A stretch of 64,000 bases of DNA from Alphaproteobacteria bacterium (GTDB taxonomy: Bacteria; Pseudomonadota; Alphaproteobacteria; CAAGCB01; CAG-977): the NCBI GenBank assembly GCA_900768465.1, contig CAAGCY010000013.1, positions 187,587-251,586 on the forward strand, in the 5' to 3' direction. The position numbers and the translations under genes were made by a program. Shown here piece by piece: positions 35,551-46,728 of the stretch; positions within the stretch are counted from its first letter, which is position 1; every line of letters begins with the position of its first letter. The notes below the pieces were generated by a model. The model was not told where the DNA came from. It did no database searches and saw only the letters and a program-made list of their open reading frames with translations.

Positions 35551-35641
35551 GGTGTTTTACTCCGTTACAAAAGCCTGAAATTACGGTTAATATAATACAA
35601 ACCGCCGCGTTTTCCACTCTAAAAAATAGGCGAGGGCGATT

Positions 35642-36079
35642 TTATTGCCGATAGTTCTTCGGATGATTTTGCGGAAAAGAACAATCGCCGTGAAACACAT
35701 ACCGCACACAGCGGTTTCGCACGATTTCGACGCAGGAAGCCTCTACCGTCAGCGTATACGATTCGACCAGACGATTCGGGCGGATGACATCGTTTTCGAA
35801 CCAGCCGTCGGGCAAATAAGGCTTCAGCGCCGCATGCGGAACGGTGAACGTTGTTTTCGAAACAACGCCGCTTTGCGACAATTCCGCTGTTTTTTGCATG
35901 GCGGACGCCGAGATGTATTCTTTTAAAGCCCGCTTGATGCGCAAGGTTTGTTCTTCAACCGTGCGGCGTTCGACTTCGGCGATTTGGCGCGCCCTTTGCC
36001 GCATCAGCATCGGGGCGGTCATCGCCATAATCGCCAGCACGGCAAGCACTTGAAACATCAACGTTCCGCGTTCGGTCAT
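35642..36079 (-). CDS. hypothetical membrane-anchored protein translationally coupled to murJ
   Basis: ATGA overlap with the murJ stop. N-terminus MTERGTLMFQVLAVLAIMAMTAPMLMRQ. The upstream 36080-36472 part of the tracked ORF lies inside murJ in another frame and is rejected. Confidence 0.4.
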   Translation of the reverse strand: MTERGTLMFQVLAVLAIMAMTAPMLMRQRARQIAEVERRTVEEQTLRIKRALKEYISASAMQKTAELSQSGVVSKTTFTVPHAALKPYLPDGWFENDVIRPNRLVESYTLTVEASCVEIVRNRCVRYVFHGDCSFPQNHPKNYRQ

Positions 36080-37656
36080 TTGTGCCGCCTCAACGCTTTG
36101 ATTTGGGCAATCGTAACGCCTTTGGTCGCCAGCACCAGCACGGCGAACAAACCGCCGCCGATGCCGATTAAAGCCGCCAGCAATCCGAACCGCAAAGCTT
36201 GCCCGCCGTGCAGCCAATCGGGGAACAGGCGCAGACTGGCGGCAAAGCACGCGCGGGTCGCGACGCCCATAATCACGGACGACAGCACAATCGACAGCGC
36301 GCGGCGGATAAACAGAGCATCCAAAGAATGAAGCCGCTGTTTTTTGATGCGCCAAGCATACTGGACGACGTTCAGCCACGCGACGATGCCGCTTGCCAAA
36401 GCGATGCCCAGATAGCCGATGACGGGCAGGAACATGGCGCACAAAATCACATACATCAGCAACGCCCAGCATGCGATTCGGACGGGAGTCGCCGTATCCC
36501 CGCGCGCGTAAAACACGGGGGACAGCGCTTTGGTCAGAATGTACGCGGGCAGTCCGACGGCGTATGCGGACAGGGCGATTGCCGTTTTCACCGACGCGGT
36601 GTTTGTGAACTCGCCGCGTTCAAACAGCACGGAAATAATCGGATAATCCAAAGCGATTAAGCCCGCCGCCGACGGCACGGACAGCGCCAAAGCGATAATC
36701 AAGGCTTGGTTCAGGGTGTTTTTGGCTTGAGCCGTATTGCCCGACTTTAAATCCCGCGTCAGAATCGGCAGCAGAGCCGTTCCGATTGCCGCGCCGATAA
36801 TGCCGACGGGCAGCTGGTACAAACGGTTGGCGTAATACAGCCATGACACCGCGCCCGTGGTCAGGAACGACAAAAACAGCGTGTCCAAAAACAGATTGAT
36901 TTGATAAATGCCCGATCCGAACACGCCGGGGATGATGCGTTTCAGCAACAGCGACAGTTCCGCCGTTTTGCGCTTGACGACCGTCCACGGGGCAAGGATT
37001 CCCAGCGGCATGCCCGCGCGGCGCGTGTGCCAAACCAGCCAGAGCAGCTGCAAAACGCCCGCGATTGTAACGCCCGTCGCCAAAGCGTAGCCGTAGTTTC
37101 CGCCGAACAGCGGAGTCAAAGCGAACAGCGCGGCAATCATGGTCATATTCAGCAAAACGGGGGTCAGCGCCGCCGCCGCAAAGTATCCGAGCGAGTTTAA
37201 AACTCCGCTTTGCAAAGAATTCAGCGACACCAGCAGCAAATACGGAAACGTGATGCGCGACATGATGACGGCGGCGTTGAATTTGGCGGGGTCTTCGACG
37301 AATCCGGGAGCTTGGACAAGGATAATCAGCGGCATGGCGATTTCCGCGATTGCCGTAAACAGCAAAACGACGTAAAACAGCGCGGACATCGCTTCGACGG
37401 CGAATTTTTGCGCTTTTTCGCGTCCGTGCAGTTCCAGCTGTTCGGAAAACAAGGGGACGAACGCGACGTTGAACGCGCCTTCGGCAAACAGACTGCGGAA
37501 CAGGTTCGGCAGTTTGAACGCGACGAAAAACGCGTCGGCAATCATGCCCGCGCCCAAAAAGTTCGCTATCAGTACGTCGCGCACGAATCCCAGAACGCGG
37601 CTGATCATCGTCCAGCCGCCGATTGTCGCGATTGATTTAAGAACCGATGTACGCAT
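36076..37656 (-). CDS. murJ: lipid II flippase MurJ
   Basis: The N-terminus aligns with E. coli MurJ (LKS...SRVLGFVRD...AFFVAFKLPNLFRSLFAEGAF). Polytopic. Confidence 0.9.
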   Translation of the reverse strand: MRTSVLKSIATIGGWTMISRVLGFVRDVLIANFLGAGMIADAFFVAFKLPNLFRSLFAEGAFNVAFVPLFSEQLELHGREKAQKFAVEAMSALFYVVLLFTAIAEIAMPLIILVQAPGFVEDPAKFNAAVIMSRITFPYLLLVSLNSLQSGVLNSLGYFAAAALTPVLLNMTMIAALFALTPLFGGNYGYALATGVTIAGVLQLLWLVWHTRRAGMPLGILAPWTVVKRKTAELSLLLKRIIPGVFGSGIYQINLFLDTLFLSFLTTGAVSWLYYANRLYQLPVGIIGAAIGTALLPILTRDLKSGNTAQAKNTLNQALIIALALSVPSAAGLIALDYPIISVLFERGEFTNTASVKTAIALSAYAVGLPAYILTKALSPVFYARGDTATPVRIACWALLMYVILCAMFLPVIGYLGIALASGIVAWLNVVQYAWRIKKQRLHSLDALFIRRALSIVLSSVIMGVATRACFAASLRLFPDWLHGGQALRFGLLAALIGIGGGLFAVLVLATKGVTIAQIKALRRHK

Positions 37657-40084
37657 TGTTCAAAACTTCCGTAATTGTTGATTTGATGTTGTCCAAAACC
37701 GCTTCGTCAACGATTTTTTCGCCGTTGTTGTCCGTGACGTAAAACACGTCCACCACGCGCGATCCGTAAGTGTAAATATGCGCCGAAACGATTTGCAGAC
37801 GCAAGCGCGTCATCGCATGCGTCGCCAAGTGTAAAAATCCGACAGCATCCGTGCCGTTGACTTCTATCAGCGTGCATTTGTCCGACGCCAGATTGTCGAC
37901 AAACGCGCGGACGGGAACGGTCAGTTCTGTTTTCGGCGCGGTTTTGCGCTTTTCCGCCAGCATCGGTTCAAAATCCGTTTGCGCCGCCTGTTCGATTTTT
38001 TGTTTGAGCTTGGCGATTTTCTTTTCCGATTCGACGGGGCGGCGAAGCGGGTCTTGAATCAAAAACGTATCCAGCGCCATTTTGTTGTCCAAAGTGGTGA
38101 TTTGCGCTTCAACCACGGAAACGTCGCACAAAGCCATCGCCCCCGTGATTTCCGCAAACAGCCCGTCATGATCGGGGGCAAGCACGATAAATTCCGTAAC
38201 GCCGCGCTCCGCGTCCGTCGATACGGAAAAAGAATACGCTTTCGACGGCGGCAGTTCCGCCAGTTTCCGCTGGTTTTCGGTCAAAACGCGTTCATGCGCG
38301 CCGCCGCCCCGCATCCGCGCCAAAGCAAACGACAAAAGGTCGGATAAAAGCTTTTCTTTAAACGAGTTCCAGACGGCGGGGCCGACCGCTTTTATGTCGG
38401 CGACGGTCAGCGCGAACAACCGCCGCAGCCGTTCGGGCGACTGCACCGTTTGCACAAAGTCGTCAATCGTTTTCGGGTCGAAAATATCGCGGCGAAAGGC
38501 GACTTGGCTCATCAGCAAATGATTGCGCACCAGCCAGACGACATCCTGCGCTTCGGCGTCGTCCAATCCCAAATCCGCCGTGACTTTTTGCGCCAGAACG
38601 GCGCCGATTTCTTCGTGTTTTCCGCCGCGTCCCTTGCCGATGTCGTGCAGCAAAGCCGCCAAAGCAAGCGTTCTTTGCGCCTGTTCGGAGCTTTGCCGTT
38701 CCAAAAAGCCAAGCGTTTTCAGCGTGTGTTCGTCGGTCGTGTAAACGTGGTACAAGTCGAACTGCACTTGCGCGATTAAAGGCTGAAAGTCGGGCATAAA
38801 GTATCCCAAAACGCCCGTTTCCAGCATTTGACGCAGGGTTGTTTCCGCGCTTTCGCCCGCCAGAATGTCCAAAAACAAAGCGTTGGCTTGCGGGTTTTTG
38901 CGCAGTTTGCGGGCAAGCTTGGCATTATCCGTGATTTTTCCCAAAGTGCGCGGATCAACAGGCTTTTTCAGCAATTGTTTCAGATAAAACGCCCGCATTG
39001 TCAGCATCGGATTTTGGTCGAGCGACACCGTGTCTTTGAACGAAATGCGGTCGTTAATCAGCACGAAATCCGAATCGATGTCCGAAAACGAAACGCCGTC
39101 GTTCAGCGTGTCGCCGATAATCACGGTCATCAGCCACGACAGTTCGCCGACGTTTTTGCAAATCAGATAATAATGCTTCATAAACCGTTCGACCGCGCAT
39201 TGTCCGCTGCGGTTGTCGTATCCCATTTTCAGGGCGATTTGCTTTTGCGCTTCAAACGTCAGGACGTCGCCCGCGCGCCCGTTCAACAGGTGCAGATGAC
39301 AGCGCACGGTCGTCAAAAAGCGGTGCGCTTTCAAAAACGCGGCGCAGGCTTGGCGGCTGAGGATGTTGCTTGACACCAAATCGGGCATGTTCGTAATGCC
39401 GAACAAATACTTTATCAGCCAGAACATCAGGTGCAAATCGCGCAAGCCGCCGCGCCCCTCTTTGACATTGGGTTCCAGCATGTATTTCGACTGTCCCATG
39501 CGCTGATAACGCAAGCGGCGTTCCTCGACTTTCGCCATAACAAAGTCGCGTCCGTCCGTTTCGCGGCACAAAGCGGTAAACCGCGCGTTGAAATCGTCGA
39601 ACAAGCCGCGGTCGCCGTCGACAAAGCGCGCTTCGAGCAAATTGGTGCGGATGGTCATTTCCGTTCGGGCTTGGTTGATGCAGTCGTCAACCGTGCGGAC
39701 GGCTTGTCCGACTTTCAGCCCCATGTCCCACAGAATTTGCACCATAAAGGCAATGCGTTCTTGCGCTTTGGCATCGTCGGCGCTTTCCAGCAAAAACAAC
39801 AAATCGATGTCGGAATAGGGGGCAAGCTCTTTGCGCCCGAAGCCCCCGACGGCGACAACAGTCGGCAGGGGGGACGTTTCGGACGGGTATACGGTTTGCG
39901 CCGTCAAAGCGTTCAAATCGCGCAAAATATCGTCGAACGCGTCGGCATAGGCGTACATCGCTTCCAGTCCGTCCGTCGAGTTCAGCCGTTCGGCGAACGC
40001 TTGCAGCAAATCGGCGCGCCGTTCTTTCAGCTGCGCGATGACGACGGCGCGTCCCTCGGTGTTCCAAGCGTCGGTTAGGGTCAT
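37637..40084 (-). CDS. glnD: bifunctional [protein-PII] uridylyltransferase/uridylyl-removing enzyme
   Basis: Nucleotidyltransferase region, an HD domain ([16 protein letters not shown]) and tandem C-terminal ACT domains. Confidence 0.9.
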   Translation of the reverse strand: MTLTDAWNTEGRAVVIAQLKERRADLLQAFAERLNSTDGLEAMYAYADAFDDILRDLNALTAQTVYPSETSPLPTVVAVGGFGRKELAPYSDIDLLFLLESADDAKAQERIAFMVQILWDMGLKVGQAVRTVDDCINQARTEMTIRTNLLEARFVDGDRGLFDDFNARFTALCRETDGRDFVMAKVEERRLRYQRMGQSKYMLEPNVKEGRGGLRDLHLMFWLIKYLFGITNMPDLVSSNILSRQACAAFLKAHRFLTTVRCHLHLLNGRAGDVLTFEAQKQIALKMGYDNRSGQCAVERFMKHYYLICKNVGELSWLMTVIIGDTLNDGVSFSDIDSDFVLINDRISFKDTVSLDQNPMLTMRAFYLKQLLKKPVDPRTLGKITDNAKLARKLRKNPQANALFLDILAGESAETTLRQMLETGVLGYFMPDFQPLIAQVQFDLYHVYTTDEHTLKTLGFLERQSSEQAQRTLALAALLHDIGKGRGGKHEEIGAVLAQKVTADLGLDDAEAQDVVWLVRNHLLMSQVAFRRDIFDPKTIDDFVQTVQSPERLRRLFALTVADIKAVGPAVWNSFKEKLLSDLLSFALARMRGGGAHERVLTENQRKLAELPPSKAYSFSVSTDAERGVTEFIVLAPDHDGLFAEITGAMALCDVSVVEAQITTLDNKMALDTFLIQDPLRRPVESEKKIAKLKQKIEQAAQTDFEPMLAEKRKTAPKTELTVPVRAFVDNLASDKCTLIEVNGTDAVGFLHLATHAMTRLRLQIVSAHIYTYGSRVVDVFYVTDNNGEKIVDEAVLDNIKSTITEVLNNAYIGS

Positions 40085-42774
40085 TGCATCATCTTTTTCA
40101 GGGCGTAAAGTGCGTCCAATGCTTCGCGCGGGGACATCGAATCGGGGTCGAGAGCCGACAGCCGTTCAAAGACTTGCGCAAATTCGGGCGGGACGGTTTC
40201 CTCGGGTTCGGGGGCGGGCGCGTCGGCTTTTTTCTTGACCATCGCGAACAGGGGCAGGTCGTTCATAAAGTTGATTTCGTACGACCCCTGCTTTTCCATT
40301 TGCTCCAGCACTTGTTTGGCGCGCGCGATGACGGCGGGCGGCAGTCCCGCCAGCCTGCCGACGTGAATGCCGTAAGACCTGTCCGCCATGCCTTTGACGA
40401 CTTCGTGCAAAAATACGACGTTGCCTTTCCATTCTTTGATTTTCATTGTGTAAAGCGACAGATTGCCGAGCATTTCCGCCAAAGCCGTCAATTCGTGGTA
40501 ATGCGTCGCGAACAAAGCGCGCGATTTGTTGACGTCGTGCAGGTGTTCCGCGACCGCCCATGCAATCGACAGCCCGTCGAATGTCGCCGTGCCGCGCCCG
40601 ATTTCGTCAAGGATGACAAGGGATTTTTCCGTTGCTTGGTTTAAAATCGCGGCGGTTTCCACCATTTCGACCATGAACGTCGACCGTCCGCGCGCCAAAT
40701 CGTCCGCCGCGCCGACACGGGAAAACAGTTTGTCCACAATGCCGATTTTCGCCGATTCCGCGGGAACGAAGCAGCCCGCCTGCGCCAGAATGGCAATCAA
40801 AGCGTTTTGGCGCAGAAACGTGCTTTTGCCCGCCATGTTGGGACCCGTAATCAGCCACAGCCGCCCGTCGTGCGTGTCCGAATTGCCCAATCGGCAGTCG
40901 TTTGCGACGAAATCGGCGTGTTCCTCCGCCATGGTTTGTTCGACGACGGGATGACGCCCTTTCACAATGTCGAACGCCAAACTGTTTTCCAAAACGGGGC
41001 GGACGTAGTTCTGCTCCGCCGCGATGTGCGCCAATGCGCTCGACACGTCCAACATTGCCAAAGCGTGCGCCGCCGCCGCGATTTCCGACCCGTGCGCCAG
41101 CACCGCTTCAACCAAATCGGAAAACAGTTCCAGTTCAAGGGTGAGCGCCTTTTCCGCAACGCCTTTCAGATTGTTTTCCAGTTCGGACAGTTCGACGGTC
41201 GTAAAGCGTATTGCGTTCGACATGGTTTGACGGTGCAGGAAAATCGACTGCCCGCTGCGCGCGTCGTCCAGCATTTTTTGCGCGTTTTTGGCGGATACTT
41301 CGATATAAAAGCCCAAAATGTTGTTGTGCGCGATTTTCAAGCTCGGGATTCCCGCGATTTCCGCGTATTTCGACTGCAAGCCCGCAATCATCTGGCGGCT
41401 GTCGTCGCGCAAGTGCTTCAAATCGTCCAGTTCTTTGGAATAAAGGGGCGCGATGAATCCTCCGTCGCGCGCTAGCAGCGGCAAATCGTTCGCCAGCGCT
41501 TTTTGCAGCGTGTCGGTCAAAGCGTCGTGATTGCCCAGTCCTTTCAGACAGTCGGTAATCGCGACGGGTTCGCCCATTTCGGTCGCCATGGACAGCTTCA
41601 AATCGGGAATTTGCTTCAGCGTGTCGCGGATGACCGCCAAATCGCGCGGTCCCCCGCGTCCCAGGGACAGGCGGGACAAAGCGCGCTCCATATCGGGGCA
41701 TTCCGCCAAACGGTCACGCACGGTCGCCCGCACCAGCGGGTTTTTCACAAAAAATTCGATGCGGTCAAGGCGTTTTTCAATCGCCGCGACATCGGTCAGC
41801 GGGGCGGACAGGTATTGACACAAAAGCCTTGCCCCCGCGCCAGTTTTGGTGCGGTCGATTGCGGAAAACAGCGACCCTTTGCGTTCGCCCGACAGGCTGG
41901 AAAACAGCTCCAGATTTCTGCGCGTCGCCGTGTCGATTTCCATCAGCATGCCCGCCGACCAGCGGCGCAGGGCGTTCAGGCGGGGCATTTGCCCTTTTTG
42001 CGTCAAATCGATGTAATCCAGCAGCGCGCCCGCCGCGCCCGTTTCGCTTTTGTTGAACGCGCCGAACGCGTCCAAAGTCTGCACGTTGAAGAACGCTTCC
42101 AGCCGTTTTTTGCCGTTGTCGGGGGAAAAGCGAACGGCGGGCAAAGGAGTCAGCAAACGTTTGACATCGTTGAACGTTTCAAAGTATTCGGGCGTCTGCA
42201 AAATCTTTTCGGAAACGATGATTTCCTTGGGTTCCAAGCGCGACAAAGCCGCCGACAGCGTGTTCGCGCGGCGGTTCGGCAGGGTTTGCACCGCGAAATC
42301 GCCCGTCGACATATCCACCCACGCCAGCCCGATGCCGTCCGCCGTGTCGGTCAAAGCCGCCAGCCAGTTGCAGGCGCGCGCTTCCAAAATATTGTCTTCG
42401 GTCAAAGTGCCGGGGGTAATCAGACGGGTAACCGCGCGGTTGACCAAAGCGGTCGATCCGCGTTTGCGCGCTTCGGCGGGGTTTTCGGTTTGTTCGCAAA
42501 TCGCGACTTTGAAGCCCTTGCGAATCAGGCGCGACAAATACATTTCGTGCGAATGGACGGGAACGCCGCACATGGGAATGTCTTCGCCTTTTTCCCTGCC
42601 GCGCTTGGTCAAAGCGATGTCCAAAGCGGCGGACGCTTTTATCGCGTCGTCGAAAAACATTTCGTAAAAATCGCCCAGTCGGTAGAACAGCAGATAATCG
42701 GGATGCTGTTCTTTGACGGCGAAATACTGCGCCATCATCGGCGTATGTTTGTCAGGGGCTGTTTTTTGTGTCAT
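40081..42774 (-). CDS. mutS: DNA mismatch repair protein MutS
   Basis: N-terminal [34 protein letters not shown], Walker [10 protein letters not shown] and full MutS architecture. Confidence 0.95.
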   Translation of the reverse strand: MTQKTAPDKHTPMMAQYFAVKEQHPDYLLFYRLGDFYEMFFDDAIKASAALDIALTKRGREKGEDIPMCGVPVHSHEMYLSRLIRKGFKVAICEQTENPAEARKRGSTALVNRAVTRLITPGTLTEDNILEARACNWLAALTDTADGIGLAWVDMSTGDFAVQTLPNRRANTLSAALSRLEPKEIIVSEKILQTPEYFETFNDVKRLLTPLPAVRFSPDNGKKRLEAFFNVQTLDAFGAFNKSETGAAGALLDYIDLTQKGQMPRLNALRRWSAGMLMEIDTATRRNLELFSSLSGERKGSLFSAIDRTKTGAGARLLCQYLSAPLTDVAAIEKRLDRIEFFVKNPLVRATVRDRLAECPDMERALSRLSLGRGGPRDLAVIRDTLKQIPDLKLSMATEMGEPVAITDCLKGLGNHDALTDTLQKALANDLPLLARDGGFIAPLYSKELDDLKHLRDDSRQMIAGLQSKYAEIAGIPSLKIAHNNILGFYIEVSAKNAQKMLDDARSGQSIFLHRQTMSNAIRFTTVELSELENNLKGVAEKALTLELELFSDLVEAVLAHGSEIAAAAHALAMLDVSSALAHIAAEQNYVRPVLENSLAFDIVKGRHPVVEQTMAEEHADFVANDCRLGNSDTHDGRLWLITGPNMAGKSTFLRQNALIAILAQAGCFVPAESAKIGIVDKLFSRVGAADDLARGRSTFMVEMVETAAILNQATEKSLVILDEIGRGTATFDGLSIAWAVAEHLHDVNKSRALFATHYHELTALAEMLGNLSLYTMKIKEWKGNVVFLHEVVKGMADRSYGIHVGRLAGLPPAVIARAKQVLEQMEKQGSYEINFMNDLPLFAMVKKKADAPAPEPEETVPPEFAQVFERLSALDPDSMSPREALDALYALKKMMQ

Positions 42775-42851
42775 AGCGTTTCACTTTTCCTGTAAAGTAT
42801 GGTAGTTTTAACACACTTAACCCCCTTTGACCAACAAAAGAATTGACGAAC

Positions 42852-44087
42852 ATGACCGAAAACAAACAAACACTTGCAGAACAATCGCTGGCTTTGCACG
42901 CAAAAGGGCGCGCGGGCAAAATTTCCCTGACGGCGACAAAGCCGCTGAATTCCCGCGCGGATTTGGCGCTGCTTTATTCCCCCGGCGTCGCCGCGCCGTG
43001 TCTGGAAATCGAAAAAACGCCCGCCGACGCGTACCGCTACACGACCAAAGGCAACTTGGTCGCCGTCGTGTCGAACGGAACGGCGGTTCTGGGGCTGGGC
43101 GACATCGGCGCTTTGGCTTCCAAACCCGTGATGGAGGGCAAAGCCGTTTTGTTCAAGCGGTTCGGCGACGTGGACGCGATTGACATCGAAATCGATTCGC
43201 ATGACCCCGACAAAGTGGTTGAAGCGGCGGCTTTGACGGCGACGGGATTCGGCGGCATCAACTTGGAAGACATCAAAGCTCCCGAGTGTTTTTATATCGA
43301 AACCGAACTGAAAAAGCGGCTGAGCATTCCCGTGTTTCACGACGACCAACACGGTACGGCGGTTGTTGTAGCGGCGGGATTGGTCAACGGGCTGAAGCTG
43401 ACTGGCAAAAAAATCGAAGACGTCAAACTGGTCGTGAACGGCGCGGGGGCGGCGGCGATTGCGTGCGCGTCCCTGCTGCGTTCGATGGGCGTCAAAGACA
43501 TTACGATGTGCGATTCCAAAGGCGTGATTTACAAAGGACGCGCGGCGGGCATGAATCCGTACAAGGAAAGCTTTGCCGCCGAAACGGCTGCCCGCACTTT
43601 GGCGGAAGCGGTCAACGGCGCCGACGTGTTCTTGGGGCTGTCGGTTGCGGAGGCTTTGACGGGCGATATGGTGAAAACAATGGCGGATAAACCGATTATT
43701 TTCGCTTTGGCGAATCCGAATCCCGAAATCACGCCCGCCGACGCCAAAGCCGCCAATCCCGCCGCGATTGTGGCGACGGGGCGGTCGGATTATCCGAATC
43801 AGGTCAACAATGTGCTGGGATTCCCCTATATTTTCCGCGGGGCGCTGGATGTGCGCGCGCGCGAAATCAACGAAGACATGAAAAAAGCCGCGGCGAACGC
43901 TTTGGCGGAACTGGCGGCGGCTGACGGATTGAACGCGGAAAACATCATTCCCGATCCGTTCGACGCGCGGCTGTTGGAATCGGTTTCAACCGCCGTTGCC
44001 AAAGCGGCGTGCGATTCGGGCGTTGCCATGGCTCCCGTTTCCGACTGGGACGCTTACAAGCGGGATTTGAAAGCGCGCAAAGGATAG
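42852..44087 (+). CDS. NAD(P)-dependent malic enzyme (malic-enzyme domains only, no PTA domain)
   Basis: ME N-terminal and NAD-binding domains (ALLYSPGVAAPC; VVNGAGAAAIACA). The start is taken at ATG 42852; the tracked ORF begins at TTG 42843. Confidence 0.8.
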   Translation: MTENKQTLAEQSLALHAKGRAGKISLTATKPLNSRADLALLYSPGVAAPCLEIEKTPADAYRYTTKGNLVAVVSNGTAVLGLGDIGALASKPVMEGKAVLFKRFGDVDAIDIEIDSHDPDKVVEAAALTATGFGGINLEDIKAPECFYIETELKKRLSIPVFHDDQHGTAVVVAAGLVNGLKLTGKKIEDVKLVVNGAGAAAIACASLLRSMGVKDITMCDSKGVIYKGRAAGMNPYKESFAAETAARTLAEAVNGADVFLGLSVAEALTGDMVKTMADKPIIFALANPNPEITPADAKAANPAAIVATGRSDYPNQVNNVLGFPYIFRGALDVRAREINEDMKKAAANALAELAAADGLNAENIIPDPFDARLLESVSTAVAKAACDSGVAMAPVSDWDAYKRDLKARKG

Positions 44088-44090
44088 CCG

Positions 44091-45545
44091 ATGTTTGACT
44101 GGCGCAGAAAATACCTGCAAATCGTGATGCGGCGCAACGAAGACTTTGAAACGCCGTATCACTTTGTCGAACGCGTTTTGACGGTGTCTTTGCCGACGGC
44201 GATTATGCTGATTATTTTGGTCATCATGGGCGAAGTCAGTCCCGTTTCGGCGGTGGCGGGGTTTGCGGGCGTTGTTGTGCTGACGGTGCTTTTGTCTTTG
44301 CCGTTTTTTGTGACTTTGCAGTCGGTGACGCGCTATGTTCGCGAAATGGCGGACGAAAAGGATTTTTCGGAATTGCCGCATATTGCGGGAACGGATGACG
44401 AATCCGCGCTGATTATCGCGGCGATTAACCGCATGCGCACGATTTGGCTGAACAAAACCGAACGGCTGGAGGCTCAAACCCTGTCCGACGCGGCGGTGCT
44501 GGACAGCTTGCCCGATCCTTTGCTGATGCTGGACGAAGACGGCGAGGTTATGGGCGCGAACATGGCGGCGCGTGAAATTCTGGGCGTTTCCGTGCGCGAA
44601 AAAAAACTGGCTGACGTTATCCGCGACAATGCGCTGGAAGCGGCGGCGGAACATGTCATTTCCGCCGAAGAACCGAAAAGAAGCCTTGAAATCACATTGA
44701 ACGGGCGGACATACAACGCCAAAATCGAACGTTTGCCTGCCGAAGCGAAAGCGGGTGCGGTCGCCGTGCTGACGCTGTTCGATATGACCGCGCAAAAACA
44801 GTTCGAGCAAATGCAGGCTGACTTTGTCGCAAACGCCAGTCATGAGCTGCGCACGCCGCTGTCGATTTTATCGGGCTTTGTCGAAACGCTGCAAAGCACG
44901 GCGCGCGACGATGCCGAATCGCGGGACAAGTTTTTGGGCATTATGCAAACGCAAGCGGTGCGTATGTCCGCTTTGATTGAAAGCCTGCTGTCCCTGTCCC
45001 GTCTGCAGATGAACGCGAACAACAAACCGTCGGACGCCGTCAATGTTCCCGAAATTTTGAAAAACGTCAAGCAGATGCTGGATTCCAAAGCGGAAAAGAA
45101 AAACGCGGTTATCGCGTTAAAGCTTTGTACTCAGCCGTATCGCATTTTCGGCGACGCGGGCGAATTGACGCAGGTGTTTCAAAACTTGACGGACAACGCT
45201 TTGAAATACGGACAGGACGGCGGGACGGTCACGCTGTCGTGCAAAGTCGACGGCAACAATTATCTGGTGTCGGTGCATAACACGGGCGACACGATTAAAC
45301 CCGAAGCCCTGCCTCATGTGTTCGAGCGTTTCTACCGTGTCGCCGAAACGAAAAACAAAGCGCGCGGAACGGGATTGGGATTGGCGATTGTCGCGCAAAT
45401 CGTCAAACATCACGACGGAAAGATAACGGTGGAAAGCTCTGCCGAACTGGGAACGACGTTTACGGTGTTGCTTCCGTTTTCGCCGGAAGTCGGCGGTTCA
45501 GAAGATACAAAATCGCAAGCCCCGGCAGACACAGAAACGCCGTAA
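44091..45545 (+). CDS. two-component sensor histidine kinase
   Basis: Two N-terminal TM helices, a PAS-like region, an H-box (ASHELRTPLSIL) and an HATPase_c domain with GTGLGLAIV. Confidence 0.8.
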   Translation: MFDWRRKYLQIVMRRNEDFETPYHFVERVLTVSLPTAIMLIILVIMGEVSPVSAVAGFAGVVVLTVLLSLPFFVTLQSVTRYVREMADEKDFSELPHIAGTDDESALIIAAINRMRTIWLNKTERLEAQTLSDAAVLDSLPDPLLMLDEDGEVMGANMAAREILGVSVREKKLADVIRDNALEAAAEHVISAEEPKRSLEITLNGRTYNAKIERLPAEAKAGAVAVLTLFDMTAQKQFEQMQADFVANASHELRTPLSILSGFVETLQSTARDDAESRDKFLGIMQTQAVRMSALIESLLSLSRLQMNANNKPSDAVNVPEILKNVKQMLDSKAEKKNAVIALKLCTQPYRIFGDAGELTQVFQNLTDNALKYGQDGGTVTLSCKVDGNNYLVSVHNTGDTIKPEALPHVFERFYRVAETKNKARGTGLGLAIVAQIVKHHDGKITVESSAELGTTFTVLLPFSPEVGGSEDTKSQAPADTETP

Positions 45546-46722
45546 ACACAAAAAACGGCGCCCAGCCCATTTTGACGACCAGCCAGCCGCTTGTCGCCGA
45601 CAGCAGATCGCGCGGCAAAGCCATTAAGGAACTGAGCAGCGCGTATTGTGTCGCGGTGTAGGATTTGTTGCACAGCGAAGACATATACGCGACAAACGCC
45701 GTTGTCGCCATGCCCGCCGCCATATTGTCGGACACAATCGCCGAAATCAGCCAGACGAACGATTTGCCTTGAAGCGCCAATCCCGCGAACGGCAGATTGG
45801 AAAGCCCCTGCAAAACTCCGCAAATCAGCAGACTTTTGAACAATCCGAATTTAGCGACCAAAACTCCGCCCAAAAATCCCCCGAAAATCGTTGCGGCAAC
45901 GCCCCATACTTTGACAATGGCGGCGATTTCCGTGTTGGTAAATCCCGCTTCCTTGTACAATTTCGGCGTGACCGTGCCGATGGTCGTTTCGCACATTTTG
46001 TATGTCAGCAGAAACAACACTATCAACAGCCAGTCGGGCTTTTTCACAAAGTCGGCAATCGGCGCGACGACGGCGTCTTTAAAGAAATTTTTTTGCTTGG
46101 GCTGAACGGACGTTTCGGGTTCTTTGGCGCACAAAATCGCCGCCATGCCGATGATGCCCGACAAAGCCAGAACTTCGTAAACGCGCGTCCAGCCGATGAT
46201 GTCGGACAAAAACAGCGCGCCCGCGCCCGCAATCAGCATGCCGATGCGATAACCGAAAACAAACGTCGCCGCCGCCGCGCCTTGTTCGGAATCTTTCAAA
46301 TACTCGATGCGGAACGCGTCAAAAACGATGTCCTGCGATGCTGAAAAAAACGCGACCGCGACCGCGCACGCCGCCGTTGCCAAAGGGGCTTGAGTAGGGT
46401 TTGTATGCACCAGAGCAATCAGGCTTGCCATCAGGCACAGCTGGAAAAAAATCGCCCACGACCGCCTTTGCCCCAGCCGCTTGGTCAGAAAAGGCAAAGG
46501 CATGCGGTCGATGTAGGGCGACCACAGGAATTTAAAGCTGTACGGCAGACGCACAAGAGAAAACGCGGCAATCGCCTTGACATTCACGCCGCAGTCGGAC
46601 AGCCAGAACGACAGCGTCGAAAACACCAAAACCAAAGGCAGACCGCTGAACAGCCCCAAAACCAGCATTGCAATCATTTTCGGGTTTTTATACACCGAAA
46701 ACGCGGTTTTCCAAGCAGTCAT
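45460..46722 (-). CDS. ampG: muropeptide MFS permease AmpG
   Basis: AmpG family N-terminus (FSGLPLVLVFSTLSFWL...RLPYSFKFLWSPYIDR). The 3' end overlaps the kinase gene convergently by 86 nt. Confidence 0.85.
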   Translation of the reverse strand: MTAWKTAFSVYKNPKMIAMLVLGLFSGLPLVLVFSTLSFWLSDCGVNVKAIAAFSLVRLPYSFKFLWSPYIDRMPLPFLTKRLGQRRSWAIFFQLCLMASLIALVHTNPTQAPLATAACAVAVAFFSASQDIVFDAFRIEYLKDSEQGAAAATFVFGYRIGMLIAGAGALFLSDIIGWTRVYEVLALSGIIGMAAILCAKEPETSVQPKQKNFFKDAVVAPIADFVKKPDWLLIVLFLLTYKMCETTIGTVTPKLYKEAGFTNTEIAAIVKVWGVAATIFGGFLGGVLVAKFGLFKSLLICGVLQGLSNLPFAGLALQGKSFVWLISAIVSDNMAAGMATTAFVAYMSSLCNKSYTATQYALLSSLMALPRDLLSATSGWLVVKMGWAPFFVFTAFLCLPGLAILYLLNRRLPAKTEATP

Positions 46723-46728
46723 CGCCTT

